Shown here: positions 1 through 9,157 of the stretch, piece by piece
Numbering within the stretch: the stretch's first letter is position 1
How the letters are laid out: the number at the start of each line of letters is the position of its first letter
Source of the DNA: Candidatus Saccharimonadota bacterium
Lineage (GTDB): Bacteria; Patescibacteriota; Saccharimonadia; Saccharimonadales; Saccharimonadaceae
Assembly (NCBI GenBank): GCA_001029695.1
Contig: CP011211.1
Location: 870,001 to 902,000 of the forward strand
Length of the DNA: 32,000 nucleotides
Direction: 5' to 3'
The notes under the pieces: generated by a model
What the model was told of the DNA's origin: nothing
Databases searched by the model: none
What the model saw: only the letters and a program-made list of their open reading frames with translations
Program-made: the position numbers and the translations under genes

Positions 1-1151
1 ATTCTAAATCACTCTATCCTTTCCTTGACCTTGCTGGCGTGGGGGTTGCATTTAAGCTGGTGCAGGCGCTTCAAACGAGACTAGAAGGACTTCCCGTAGG
101 GCAGGAGAAGTGGCTGCTTGATCTTGTCGCACTCGGGACAGTTTGTGACATTGTGACGCTTGTCGACGAAAATCGCGCCAATGTGTATTGGGGTTTAAAA
201 GTTATGGCTCGGGCGAAACGACCGGGACTCAAGGCGTTAATGGCGGTCGCAGGAGTTGAACCTGAAAAGGTCAATGCGAGAAGCCTTGGCTTTGGATTGG
301 GGCCACGCATGAATGCTGCAGGAAGGCTCGAAACAGCGCAACATTCGCTTGATATGTTGCGAGCGCAAGACGGATTAGTTGCACTGGAGAAGGCGCAGCA
401 ACTCGACATCCTTAATGTCGCCAGGCGCACTGAGCAGGATAAGATTTTTAAGGAAGCGATTGTGCAGGCGGAGAAGTTCAAGAGTGATGCTGTGCTTGTA
501 GTGAGTGGCGCAGGTTGGAACCATGGCATTATCGGTATTGTGGCGGCGAAATTACTTGAGCGTTATAAAAAACCAACATACGTGTTGGAGGAGATGGGTA
601 GTGAGGCAAAGGGGTCTGCAAGGAGTTACGGAGACTTCAGTGCGGCTGACGCGATTCGTGCGAGTGACGACATAATCATAAAAGGTGGGGGTCATAAATT
701 TGCAGCTGGCGTGACGATGCCGATAGAAAATATCAGCGCCTTTCGTGCAAGAGTAAATGAATTTTATGTTTCGCAGAAGTTATTTAATCAAGCCAATCTT
801 TTATTGCCAAAAGCAGATATTAATATAGCGCGGCTTGGATCTGTCGACGAAACACTACTTCAGCAACTTGATCAGCTTGAGCCGTTTGGAAGTGGAAACC
901 CTGAGCCGGTGTTTCGCGCTGAAAACCTTCTTGTCATCAATACGCGTCGCATGGGCGCAGAGTCGCAGCATGTAAAGTTGGAGATTCAAGATGGGGCTGG
1001 GCAGTCTATGCAGTTTTTAGCATTTAGTGCACCGCAACATTTTTTTGTTGAACCTGGCGAGTATGTGACAGTTTGGTTCCAGCCGACGGTCAACGAATGG
1101 ATGGGGCGACGTTCTATCGAGGGGCGGCTCCTTCATCTTGAATCTGCTTAA
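1..1151 (+). CDS. recJ: Single-stranded-DNA-specific exonuclease RecJ, C-terminal part (5' end off the window)
   Basis: The frame of ORF 39..1151 stays open to the left edge (..YPFLDLAGVGVAFKL). GGGHKFAAG and LEPFGSGNPEPVF are typical RecJ DHHA1 / C-terminal strings. Confidence 0.85.
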   Translation, partial: SKSLYPFLDLAGVGVAFKLVQALQTRLEGLPVGQEKWLLDLVALGTVCDIVTLVDENRANVYWGLKVMARAKRPGLKALMAVAGVEPEKVNARSLGFGLGPRMNAAGRLETAQHSLDMLRAQDGLVALEKAQQLDILNVARRTEQDKIFKEAIVQAEKFKSDAVLVVSGAGWNHGIIGIVAAKLLERYKKPTYVLEEMGSEAKGSARSYGDFSAADAIRASDDIIIKGGGHKFAAGVTMPIENISAFRARVNEFYVSQKLFNQANLLLPKADINIARLGSVDETLLQQLDQLEPFGSGNPEPVFRAENLLVINTRRMGAESQHVKLEIQDGAGQSMQFLAFSAPQHFFVEPGEYVTVWFQPTVNEWMGRRSIEGRLLHLESA

Positions 1152-1228
1152 ATAGTCTCAGGCTGAAATGATCTTGCGGGACGAGCTTGAACTTTTTTGT
1201 TCAGATGGTTGCGTATCTATAGTTTCTC

Positions 1229-1237
1229 TGTTACAAT
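1229..1237 (+). promoter_or_regulatory. Extended -10 promoter element TGTTACAAT upstream of rpsU
   Basis: TGnTAnAAT match. Only 9 nt (aattgctat) lie before the ATG at 1247, with no Shine-Dalgarno. Confidence 0.45.
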
Positions 1238-1246
1238 AATTGCTAT

Positions 1247-1462
1247 ATGGTACAAGTAACACGTAAAGATGGTAACGAAGCAAACGAGAATATTATTCGT
1301 CGTTTCAACCGCAAAGTTTTGCAGAGCGGCGTACTTGCAGAGGCGAAAGCTTCAATGCGATTCGCTAAGCCTCTTAGCAAACCTGAGCGTCGTCAGAAAG
1401 CGATTATCCGCAAGGAACGCAAGGCTGACAAACTAGCTAAAGCTCGATTGGGACTTCGCTAG
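1247..1462 (+). CDS. rpsU: 30S ribosomal protein S21
   Basis: 71-aa basic protein; the IIRRFNRKV...ERRQKAIIRKERK pattern is typical of bS21. Confidence 0.9.
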   Translation: MVQVTRKDGNEANENIIRRFNRKVLQSGVLAEAKASMRFAKPLSKPERRQKAIIRKERKADKLAKARLGLR

Positions 1463-1465
1463 TCA

Positions 1466-1933
1466 ATGGCTCACGGCAAATCATTGGCCGAGCAAATTCA
1501 AAACGATATGAAAGTCGCCTTACTAGGCGGCGATCGTTTTGTAGGGGAGACATTGCGTAATCTAAAAGCGGCGATTCTTAATGAAGAGGTTGCGACAAAT
1601 AAGCGAGACGAAGGTCTTGCTGATGATGAGATTGAAAAGATTGTTGCGCGAGAAGTAAAGAAGCGAAACGAAAGTATTGCTCTCTACGAACAAAACGACC
1701 GACCTGAATTGGCTGAGGTAGAGCGTAAAGAAGCCGCAGTACTTGCGACGTACTTGCCGACGCAGCTGACAGAAGAGCAGATTCGAGAGATCGCTAAGAC
1801 AGTCATTGAAGGTATGAGCGATGTTGGCCCGAGTATGATGGGGCAAGTTATCGGTGGCGTCAAAGCCAAGGCTGGCACGAGTGCCGATGGTGCCACGATT
1901 GCTCGTGTCGTCAAAGAGTTGCTTAACTCATAA
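1466..1933 (+). CDS. GatB/YqeY domain-containing protein
   Basis: 155 aa. LKAAILNEEV...VKKRNESIALYEQNDRPELAEVERKEAAVLATYLP matches the YqeY family pattern, and the gene follows rpsU as in many bacteria. Confidence 0.85.
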   Translation: MAHGKSLAEQIQNDMKVALLGGDRFVGETLRNLKAAILNEEVATNKRDEGLADDEIEKIVAREVKKRNESIALYEQNDRPELAEVERKEAAVLATYLPTQLTEEQIREIAKTVIEGMSDVGPSMMGQVIGGVKAKAGTSADGATIARVVKELLNS

Positions 1934-1999
1934 TCTAACCTGTAAATTAACATACAAACCAAAACAACTCTAAAAATGATAGAGAGCAAAGGAAAAAGA

Positions 2000-2545
2000 A
2001 TGATTGTATTTTTTGGACCAGCTGGTGCTGGTAAAAGTGTTCAAGGGCAAATGCTTGCTGCGCGTAATGGATGGCGCTGGTTAAGTGCAGGTCAGCAGCT
2101 ACGTGATACTCACGATCTTGAGCTCCTAAAAGAGATGCAGACAGGTAAGCTTGTTACGCCTGAAAAAGTAAATCAATTAATGGGGGAGGCGCTTGCTCGT
2201 GCCACGAATATTAATCGAGTAATTCTTGATGGGTTTCCTCGTCAACTTTCCCAGGCGCAATGGCTTGTTGATAGCCAGTCTCACCACGGTCGCGATATCA
2301 AACTTGTGGTTGTACTTGAAGTGCCAAAGAGCGAGCTCTTAAAGCGCCTAGAGGTGCGAGGTCGTGTTGATGATACGCCAGAGGCGATTGATGAGCGACT
2401 AAAAATCTATCGCACTGAGATGTACCCAATTCTTAGCTATCTTACCGAGAATAACGTGGCGATTGTTCACATTGACGGAGTGGGTACAGTCGGGCAAGTA
2501 CATGATCGAATTATGGAAGAACTTGAAGCGCATAAGCTGGCTTAA
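2000..2545 (+). CDS. adk: Adenylate kinase family nucleoside-monophosphate kinase (short form, no zinc lid)
   Basis: P-loop GPAGAGKS, then LSAGQQLRD, ILDGFPRQLSQAQ and RGRVDDTPEAIDERLKIY. I chose the ATG at 2000 because AAAGGAAAAAG precedes it. The adk-map order is classical. Confidence 0.8.
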   Translation: MIVFFGPAGAGKSVQGQMLAARNGWRWLSAGQQLRDTHDLELLKEMQTGKLVTPEKVNQLMGEALARATNINRVILDGFPRQLSQAQWLVDSQSHHGRDIKLVVVLEVPKSELLKRLEVRGRVDDTPEAIDERLKIYRTEMYPILSYLTENNVAIVHIDGVGTVGQVHDRIMEELEAHKLA

Positions 2546-2548
2546 TTT

Positions 2549-3310
2549 ATGAGTACACCACAAAAAACTGATGCACAAATTCAAGCCATGAGAGATGGCG
2601 GGAGGATTCTCGCGACTATTTTTGACGGGCTTAAGAAGTACGTAACGGCCGGAATGAGTGAACTTGATGTTGATGCTTGGGCTGAGAAGGAAATTAAACG
2701 ACTTGGTGCGACGCCAACCTATAAAGAGCCGGATCCTAATTTTCCAAATGTGATTTGCGTGAGTACCAATGAAGCTATCGTCCATGGTGTGCCGAGTGAA
2801 TATGTATTTGAAAAAGGTGATATTGTCAGTTTTGATCTGGTCATCACCTATAAAGGCATGAAGACTGATAGCGCGTTTACAATGATTATTGACGAGAAGC
2901 CGTCTGGTGCGAAGAAGCATCTTGTCAATGTGACTGAACGGAGTCTCTATGCAGGTATTGACGCAATTAAGGGTCGAGGTACATACACGGGAGATATCGG
3001 CGAGGCTATTGAAAAGGTACTTGCGACAGGCAAGCTAGGAATTGTTCGGGATCTTGTTGGGCATGGGGTTGGTCTTGAAATGCATATGCCGCCTGATGTG
3101 CCAAACTATGGACGAAAAGGAACTGGGGTTTTGCTGTATCCTGGCGATACGATTGCGATCGAGCCGATGGCGACTCTTGGTGGCGAGAAGACTCTTGTTG
3201 ATCAAGAAGACGGCTGGACTATTTTTACGAAAGACGGAAGTCTCGCGGCGCACTTTGAGCACACCGTACTCATCACCGAAGATGGCGCTGAGATTCTCAC
3301 ACAACTTTAG
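2549..3310 (+). CDS. map: Type I methionine aminopeptidase
   Basis: VHGVPS, FDLVITYKGMKTDSAFT, GHGVGLEMH, IEPM and HFEHTVLIT carry the metal-ligand motifs of MetAP. Confidence 0.92.
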   Translation: MSTPQKTDAQIQAMRDGGRILATIFDGLKKYVTAGMSELDVDAWAEKEIKRLGATPTYKEPDPNFPNVICVSTNEAIVHGVPSEYVFEKGDIVSFDLVITYKGMKTDSAFTMIIDEKPSGAKKHLVNVTERSLYAGIDAIKGRGTYTGDIGEAIEKVLATGKLGIVRDLVGHGVGLEMHMPPDVPNYGRKGTGVLLYPGDTIAIEPMATLGGEKTLVDQEDGWTIFTKDGSLAAHFEHTVLITEDGAEILTQL

Positions 3311-3956
3311 ACGACGGCTCGAGAAGTTGCACGACGCGGCGTCCGATAGCTTCTGATGGTTCTATAACAACAGCTCGTCCATCAGCTAGTTCGCTAATGA
3401 GCGATTTTATCCAGTGGTAGTGCGTGCAGCCAAGGACGATTACATCGGCGCCACGCGTACAAAGCTGACTGATCGTCGCCTCTATCTCGAGACGGTTGAG
3501 CTGATTATTTTCAATTAAATACGCCCAGTTGCTACAGTCGGGTTCGATAATATCGAGATGAGCACCATAGGTGGATACAAGCTTCTTGTATCGGTTGCTT
3601 GCAAGCGTTCGTGGGGTCGCACAGACGGCGATAGTTCCTGTCTTTGTGAGTGTTGCTGCGGTTTTAATCATCGGTTCGATACCGATGAATTTTTGATTGG
3701 GATAGGTGCGCCGCAGATAATCGATAGCAATCGCTGTCGCTGTATTGCACGCAAGAATAATGACATCGTACGAGTCATCAAGAAATGGCCGAATAGCAAT
3801 CTCTGTGAACTCTCGAACCTGTGACGGTGTTTTGTCGCCGTAGGGTATGTGTTCGCGGTCGTTTACTGTATCAATTTGCGCATCTGGAAAAGTCTCGCGA
3901 AGTGCAATCGCAACTGCCTCGCCACCAATTCCACTATCGAATACACCGAGTTTCAT
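3297..3956 (-). CDS. murI: Glutamate racemase
   Basis: FDSGIGG, LACNTA and LGCTHY are Asp/Glu racemase signatures. Its 3' end overlaps map convergently by 14 nt. Confidence 0.85.
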   Translation of the reverse strand: MKLGVFDSGIGGEAVAIALRETFPDAQIDTVNDREHIPYGDKTPSQVREFTEIAIRPFLDDSYDVIILACNTATAIAIDYLRRTYPNQKFIGIEPMIKTAATLTKTGTIAVCATPRTLASNRYKKLVSTYGAHLDIIEPDCSNWAYLIENNQLNRLEIEATISQLCTRGADVIVLGCTHYHWIKSLISELADGRAVVIEPSEAIGRRVVQLLEPSSKVV

Positions 3957-4007
3957 ATCTCTAGTATAGACTATTCAAAAGCTTCCATAAGCGGTATAAT
4001 ACAACAT

Positions 4008-5258
4008 ATGCAAGAAACTTCTCGATATGCTGTCGGTATTGATATTGGTACGACTACAGTTCGCTGTGTCGTCGGGCATATCGACACAACAACAGGTACG
4101 CCAACTATCGTCGGTGCAGGTAGCGCACCTAATACAGGTATGCGTAAGGGTGCTGTCGCAAATCTTACAGGCCCGGCACATGCTATTGATGATGCGCTTG
4201 GTGAAGCGGAGCGAATGAGTGGGCATCAGGTTGATGCTGCGACAATTAGTATTAATGGATCGCATATTTTAAGCACTAAAGCAGACGGTATGATTGCTGT
4301 TGGTGCGCTTGATCATGAAATTATCGAAGACGATCTCGTGCGACTTGAGGAAGTAGCGACAGTTGGTAAGATACCGGCAAATCGTGAGATCCTAGAAGTA
4401 GTACCTCATAGCTATCGACTTGATGGTCAAGATAATATCAAGGATCCACTTGGTATGACAGGGACACGTCTAGAGATAAGTGCAAATGTTATTTCTGCGC
4501 TTGCGCCGTATGTGACAAATCTACAAAAAGCTGTAGAGATTGCAAAAGTATCCCCAAAAGTGATAACACCGTCAGTTGTCGCATCTGCACATGCAGTACT
4601 GAGCGAGCAGCAGCTTGAGAACGGTGTAGCCGTTATTGATCTAGGTGGTGCAACTACGAGTATCGCCGTATTTGAAGAGGGCGATCTGCAGTTTGTTTCT
4701 GTGATACCGATCGGCGGGGTGAATATCACCAATGATCTTGCAATTGGGCTAAAAACTGACCCAGAAGTAGCCGAGAAGGTGAAGCTTGCACACGCGACCG
4801 CTCAAGCACGTACAGACACTGCATCGGTAAGTGTTAAACACGATAAAGAAACGTACGAGTTTGCAATCAATGAAATAGACGATATTGTTGATGCGCGACT
4901 CGAGGAATTATTCGAAGCGATTCATAAAGAATTGAAGAAGGCTGGTAAGGCCGGACAGCTGCCAAACGGCGTTGTACTGACTGGTGGTACGGCAAAATTA
5001 AAAGGGGTCGTTGAATACGCTAAAACTTCGCTTGGTCTTGCTGCGCGAATCGGCAAGGCAAAAGGCTATGGTGGTGTAGCAGATCAAGTTGATACTCCTG
5101 CATTTGCGACTGCGGTTGGCTTAATGCTGATTGATGCAGAAGGCGCTGCTGCGGCACCGCAAAAATCACCCCATCATGCAAAAGCTGCCAATGCGAAAGC
5201 GGCTGTCAAGAAAACGAGTGGGTTTTTATCAGGGATTTTCGATCGATTTAAGGCGTAG
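4008..5258 (+). CDS. ftsA: Cell division protein FtsA
   Basis: Actin-like ATPase strings GIDIGTTTVRCVVG, DLGGATTSIAVF and LTGGTAKLKG, plus a C-terminal amphipathic helix GFLSGIFDRFKA. I start at ATG 4008 (MQETSRYAVGIDIG), not at the ORF-track 3849. TATAAT at 3995-4000 lies 7 nt upstream. Confidence 0.9.
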   Translation: MQETSRYAVGIDIGTTTVRCVVGHIDTTTGTPTIVGAGSAPNTGMRKGAVANLTGPAHAIDDALGEAERMSGHQVDAATISINGSHILSTKADGMIAVGALDHEIIEDDLVRLEEVATVGKIPANREILEVVPHSYRLDGQDNIKDPLGMTGTRLEISANVISALAPYVTNLQKAVEIAKVSPKVITPSVVASAHAVLSEQQLENGVAVIDLGGATTSIAVFEEGDLQFVSVIPIGGVNITNDLAIGLKTDPEVAEKVKLAHATAQARTDTASVSVKHDKETYEFAINEIDDIVDARLEELFEAIHKELKKAGKAGQLPNGVVLTGGTAKLKGVVEYAKTSLGLAARIGKAKGYGGVADQVDTPAFATAVGLMLIDAEGAAAAPQKSPHHAKAANAKAAVKKTSGFLSGIFDRFKA

Positions 5259-5281
5259 AACGTAAAAATAACGACATTAAA

Positions 5282-5290
5282 TGCTATACT
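5282..5290 (+). promoter_or_regulatory. Extended -10 promoter element TGCTATACT upstream of ftsZ
   Basis: TGnTAnAnT match about 40 nt upstream of ATG 5331. The leader carries GAGGGAG as Shine-Dalgarno. Confidence 0.4.
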
Positions 5291-5330
5291 GTAATAAGAT
5301 ATAGATACTAGGGACTGAGGGAGCGAATTC

Positions 5331-6539
5331 ATGCCGGAAGTAACACCAAGCGAGATACAAACATTTGCAAGCATCAAGGTCATTGGCGTTGGTGGTGCTG
5401 GTGGTAGTGCGGTAAATCGCATGAAGGATGCCGGACTCTCTGGCGTTCAGTTTATTGCGATGAACACTGATGCTCAGGCGCTTCATAATAGTAAAGCAGA
5501 TATCAAGCTTCACCTTGGTCACGAAACAACAGGTGGGCTTGGCGCGGGTGCTAACCCCTCTACTGGTGAGCAGGCAGCTAACGAGTCACGTGCTGAGATT
5601 GCCGAAGCCCTACAGGGTGCGGACATGATCTTTGTGACGATCGGTGCAGGTGGTGGAACTGGCTCTGGTGCTGGGCATGTAGTAGCTGAGATTGCTCGCG
5701 AACTTGGCATCCTTGTTGTCGGTGTCGCGACAAAGCCATTTAGTTTTGAAGGCGAAAAACGCCGGACAAACGCTGACTGGGCGATTAACCGTCTTGGCCG
5801 TCAGGTAGATACGCTTATTACCATTCCAAACGATCGCCTTCTTCAGACAATCGATCGCCGTACGCCGCTTCTCGAGACGTTCAAAATTGCCGATGACGTA
5901 CTTCGTCAGGGTGTCCAGGGGATCTCGGAGCTTATTACTGAGCATGGACTTATTAACTTGGACTTTGCGGACGTAAAGGCGATCATGAGCAATGCCGGTT
6001 CTGCGCTCATGGGAATTGGACGTGCTAGCGGTGATGATCGCGCCGCCCAGGCTGCGCAGCAAGCGATTGAGTCTCCACTTATTGAAGTATCGATTGATGG
6101 TGCAAAGGGTGTGCTCTTTAACGTCACTGGTGGCTACGACATGAGCATGAGTGAAATCCAAGAAGCCGCCGAGATCATCACTAGTGCTGTTTCACCAGAC
6201 GCTAATATTATTTTTGGTGCGACACTCAAGCCTGATCTTGAAGACGAGCTGATTATTACGGTTATTGCGACGGGATTTGATAGTGAATTTTTCCACGAAC
6301 AAGAAGTGACACTTGAGCCAGCTGTGGCGCAGGTACAAGAAGTTGAGTCACGGGGTGTGAGTGACGACGCTGTTAATGCTATTGATCTTGACCTCGATCG
6401 TGCAGATGCAGCTGCGAGTTTTGCCGAAGAGCCTACTCAGAATATCTGGGACACGCCCGTTCAAGAAGACGACGACGAGTCTGACACGCCTGCGTTCCTT
6501 CGTCGACGTAAAAAGAATCAATCGTCAGACGAATCTTAA
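5331..6539 (+). CDS. ftsZ: Cell division GTPase FtsZ
   Basis: Tubulin signature GGGTGSG, plus NTDAQAL and the C-terminal peptide [11 protein letters not shown]. Confidence 0.97.
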   Translation: MPEVTPSEIQTFASIKVIGVGGAGGSAVNRMKDAGLSGVQFIAMNTDAQALHNSKADIKLHLGHETTGGLGAGANPSTGEQAANESRAEIAEALQGADMIFVTIGAGGGTGSGAGHVVAEIARELGILVVGVATKPFSFEGEKRRTNADWAINRLGRQVDTLITIPNDRLLQTIDRRTPLLETFKIADDVLRQGVQGISELITEHGLINLDFADVKAIMSNAGSALMGIGRASGDDRAAQAAQQAIESPLIEVSIDGAKGVLFNVTGGYDMSMSEIQEAAEIITSAVSPDANIIFGATLKPDLEDELIITVIATGFDSEFFHEQEVTLEPAVAQVQEVESRGVSDDAVNAIDLDLDRADAAASFAEEPTQNIWDTPVQEDDDESDTPAFLRRRKKNQSSDES

Positions 6540-6550
6540 GGAGACCTGCC

Positions 6551-6997
6551 GTGCAAAAGCATAGTATCGGTGATAGTCGAGTAATTGAGTCTCGTGAAGT
6601 TAGTGACGGAGTTACTATCCGCAGGCGTCGTGAAACCCCGGATGGTCATCGATTTACGACCTACGAGCGAATTGAAAAGCCCAACCTTGCTGTCGTGAAG
6701 AAAGACGCATCTCGCGAGTTGTTTGATAGAGAGAAGCTCTCTACTGCGATCCGGCGCTCAGTGGGTAAATTTCTGACATCAGAAGTGGAGATCGACGAGA
6801 TTGTTTCTAATGTAGAAGATAACCTCTACGCACTCGGCGAAAGCGAAGTAAGCTCAAAAAAAGTCGGAGAGTTGGTGCTTGGTGAGTTGCTTGAGCGTAA
6901 TGAAATTGCATATGTGCGCTTTGCAAGTGTTTATCATGATTTCAAGACACTTGATCAGTTTGTTGAGGCGATTACAGCCGCCAAGGAGCAGCGTTAA
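6551..6997 (+). CDS. nrdR: Transcriptional repressor NrdR (ATP-cone present, zinc-ribbon cysteines absent)
   Basis: SRVIESR..IRRRRE...RFTTYE and the ATP-cone VKKDASRELFDREKL...AYVRFASVY. GTG start with AAGGAG 7 nt upstream. Confidence 0.8.
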   Translation: MQKHSIGDSRVIESREVSDGVTIRRRRETPDGHRFTTYERIEKPNLAVVKKDASRELFDREKLSTAIRRSVGKFLTSEVEIDEIVSNVEDNLYALGESEVSSKKVGELVLGELLERNEIAYVRFASVYHDFKTLDQFVEAITAAKEQR

Positions 6998-7254
6998 TGA
7001 AGGTATTTGTCGTGTACCGCTACGAAAGCGATCATGCGAGAGAAGTGCTTGACTACTTGCGCGATTTTAAACGACAGACTTCGCGAGAAATCGAGGAATT
7101 AAACCCCGACACCAGAGAGGGCGCCGATAGGTGTCGTCTTTATGACATCGTAGAGTATCCGACGATTATCGCTACTGACGACAATGGCGTTCTGCAAAAT
7201 ATGTGGCGGGGGACACCGCTGCCAACTATAAATGAGGTGAGCTACTATGTTTAA
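6997..7254 (+). CDS. Hypothetical 85-aa protein (possibly thioredoxin-like fold, no CxxC)
   Basis: Its ATG overlaps the nrdR stop (TAATG) and its 3' end overlaps the VKOR start by 8 nt. The tight coupling argues that it is coding; I do not recognise a family. Confidence 0.5.
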   Translation: MKVFVVYRYESDHAREVLDYLRDFKRQTSREIEELNPDTREGADRCRLYDIVEYPTIIATDDNGVLQNMWRGTPLPTINEVSYYV

Positions 7255-7864
7255 GCAATTATTTAAAAAAGACCAGACCAAATCAAATCAGTGGATTTTT
7301 GGAACAATGCTGGCGTTTGGCATTATTGGTCTTATTGCGTCATTTGTTCTCTCTGTCGAAGAGTTTCATCTACTCAAGAACCCGGATACAGTACTTAGCT
7401 GTACCTTCAATTTGGTACTTAACTGTGCGACAGTCATGAAGACGTGGCAGGCGAGCGTATTTGGATTTCCAAATATGTTTATAGGCCTTATGGCGTACCC
7501 AATTGTTATAACGGTTGCACTTGCGGGGCTCGCTAGTGTGCGGTTTCCGCGGTGGTTTATGGTCGCTGCAAATATCGGCTACTTGCTTGGCGCGGCGTTT
7601 GCTTACTGGCTTTTCTTCAATAGCGTATACGATATTGAAGTGCTCTGTCCGTGGTGTCTTGTCGTGACATTTAGTACGACAATTCTACTTGCGACGATTA
7701 CGCACTACAATCTCCGAGAGAACAATTTTACACTATCAAAAGCGCGCAATGCGCAGGTGCAAAATTTTCTTAAGAAGGATTTCGATAAGCTTGTGGTTGC
7801 GGTGTGGATTGTACTGCTTGTAGCACTCGTGTTTGCTAAATTCGGCGCAGATCTTTTTGCATAA
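7247..7864 (+). CDS. Vitamin K epoxide reductase (VKOR) family membrane protein
   Basis: Multi-pass membrane protein with the loop cysteine pair SCTFNLVLNC and the active-site CPWC in a TM helix. Confidence 0.8.
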   Translation: MFKQLFKKDQTKSNQWIFGTMLAFGIIGLIASFVLSVEEFHLLKNPDTVLSCTFNLVLNCATVMKTWQASVFGFPNMFIGLMAYPIVITVALAGLASVRFPRWFMVAANIGYLLGAAFAYWLFFNSVYDIEVLCPWCLVVTFSTTILLATITHYNLRENNFTLSKARNAQVQNFLKKDFDKLVVAVWIVLLVALVFAKFGADLFA

Positions 7865-7896
7865 GCTGTTGCTACCAAGACTTTTTAGTAGGGAAG

Positions 7897-7905
7897 TGAT
7901 ACTAT
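7897..7905 (+). promoter_or_regulatory. Extended -10-like element TGATACTAT immediately upstream of ATG 7912
   Basis: TGn + TACTAT, with only 6 nt before the start codon and no Shine-Dalgarno. Confidence 0.35.
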
Positions 7906-7911
7906 AAGCAT

Positions 7912-8316
7912 ATGAATTTTATTATTACCTTTGTTACTTTTGGAATTATATTTGCACTTATCGACGCTGTATGGCTGAAGACGTCAAACGCTTTGTATAA
8001 AAAAGAACTCGGTTCTCTTATCCGTGAAAAGCCTGACTTTGTTGCTGCGATTATATTTTACGTTATCTATGTTACCGGTGTTTCATTGTTTACGATTACA
8101 CCTGTGCTAGATCGCTCTGGTTCGTGGTTGGATGTACTTCTCTTGGCGGGGATGTTTGGACTTGTTGCGTATGCGACATATGATCTTACAAATCAAGCAA
8201 CGCTCAAAGGCTGGTCGAAGAAGATCGTTGTCATCGATCTTGTCTGGGGGATGGCTGCGACTGCTGTTTCGGCGACGGTTAGTTATCTTCTTATTACAAA
8301 CGTTTTTGGAGTTTAG
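7912..8316 (+). CDS. DUF2177 family membrane protein
   Basis: 134 aa with four hydrophobic segments. YATYDLTNQATLKGWS...DLVWG resembles the DUF2177 pattern as I remember it. Confidence 0.65.
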   Translation: MNFIITFVTFGIIFALIDAVWLKTSNALYKKELGSLIREKPDFVAAIIFYVIYVTGVSLFTITPVLDRSGSWLDVLLLAGMFGLVAYATYDLTNQATLKGWSKKIVVIDLVWGMAATAVSATVSYLLITNVFGV

Positions 8317-8318
8317 CT

Positions 8319-9116
8319 GTGGATTGGGTGATCTTTTCGTATGGCTTGATCGCATCAGTTTTACTGCTAATCATGGTATTTTTTATTGCCAAGCGGCGTG
8401 ATAGATATGACCTGATTGATGTCGCATGGGGGCTCACGTTTATTGCGATTGCTGGTGCGACCTATATGTCTCAGTCCGAGATAACGCTCGCGAGTGTTCA
8501 GACAGTTGCATTGATTTTGGTGGGTTTCTGGGGGTATCGATTGTCTCGTCATATCTATGCGCGCTGGAGTGTGTCGAAAAAAGAAGACGGTCGCTATACT
8601 GATATGCGCGATCAGTATGCAAATATGCCGGGTGGAGTGGCGATTAATATGTTTGTTCGGGTGTATCTTGTTCAGGCGATCTTGGCAGTTGCGGTATCTT
8701 CATCTGTACTTGTACTATTTGCCTCAGCTCCAGCTGATGTCTCCTGGCTAACACTCGTCGGAACTGTCGTATGGCTAATCGGATTCTACTTTGAGGTTAT
8801 TGGAGACGCTGAGCTTAAGTATCATCTTGCAAATCCAAAAAATAAAGGCAAGCTCATGACAACCGGCCTGTGGCGTTATACGCGTCACCCGAACTATTTT
8901 GGCGAGATGACACAGTGGTGGGGGATATTTATTGTCGCGTTGAGTGCAGGTTTGTCGTTTTGGTACATTTCGATTATTGGACCAATTGTTATTACGATCC
9001 TCCTCCTTTTTATATCCGGCGTGCCACTTACGGAAAAACGCTTTGCGGGCCGCCCTGGCTGGGACGAATATAAGAGAAAAACAAGCAAGGTACTCCCATT
9101 ACCGCCTCGGCTATAG
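8319..9116 (+). CDS. DUF1295 / steroid 5-alpha-reductase-like membrane protein
   Basis: Polytopic protein with GLWRYTRHPNYFGEMTQWWG near the C terminus. GTG start 2 nt after the preceding stop. Confidence 0.7.
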   Translation: MDWVIFSYGLIASVLLLIMVFFIAKRRDRYDLIDVAWGLTFIAIAGATYMSQSEITLASVQTVALILVGFWGYRLSRHIYARWSVSKKEDGRYTDMRDQYANMPGGVAINMFVRVYLVQAILAVAVSSSVLVLFASAPADVSWLTLVGTVVWLIGFYFEVIGDAELKYHLANPKNKGKLMTTGLWRYTRHPNYFGEMTQWWGIFIVALSAGLSFWYISIIGPIVITILLLFISGVPLTEKRFAGRPGWDEYKRKTSKVLPLPPRL

Positions 9117-9119
9117 ACA

Positions 9120-9148
9120 TTGACATTTTACACTATAAGTAGTATAAT
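9120..9148 (+). promoter_or_regulatory. Consensus sigma-70-type promoter TTGACA-17 nt-TATAAT
   Basis: TTGACA at 9120-9125, a 17-nt spacer, and TATAAT at 9143-9148. ATG 9158 follows after 9 nt. Confidence 0.6.
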
Positions 9149-9157
9149 AGATATATT

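Noticed and set aside
3849-4007. N-terminal extensions given by the ORF track (3849 for ftsA, 1976 for adk, 10550 for tag, 14366 for mpg, 15744 and 16036 for the small proteins, 16584 for the surface protein).
   Set aside because: The extensions run through promoters, terminators or the preceding gene and lack family-typical sequence. Internal ATGs with Shine-Dalgarno or -10 elements give N termini that match the families.
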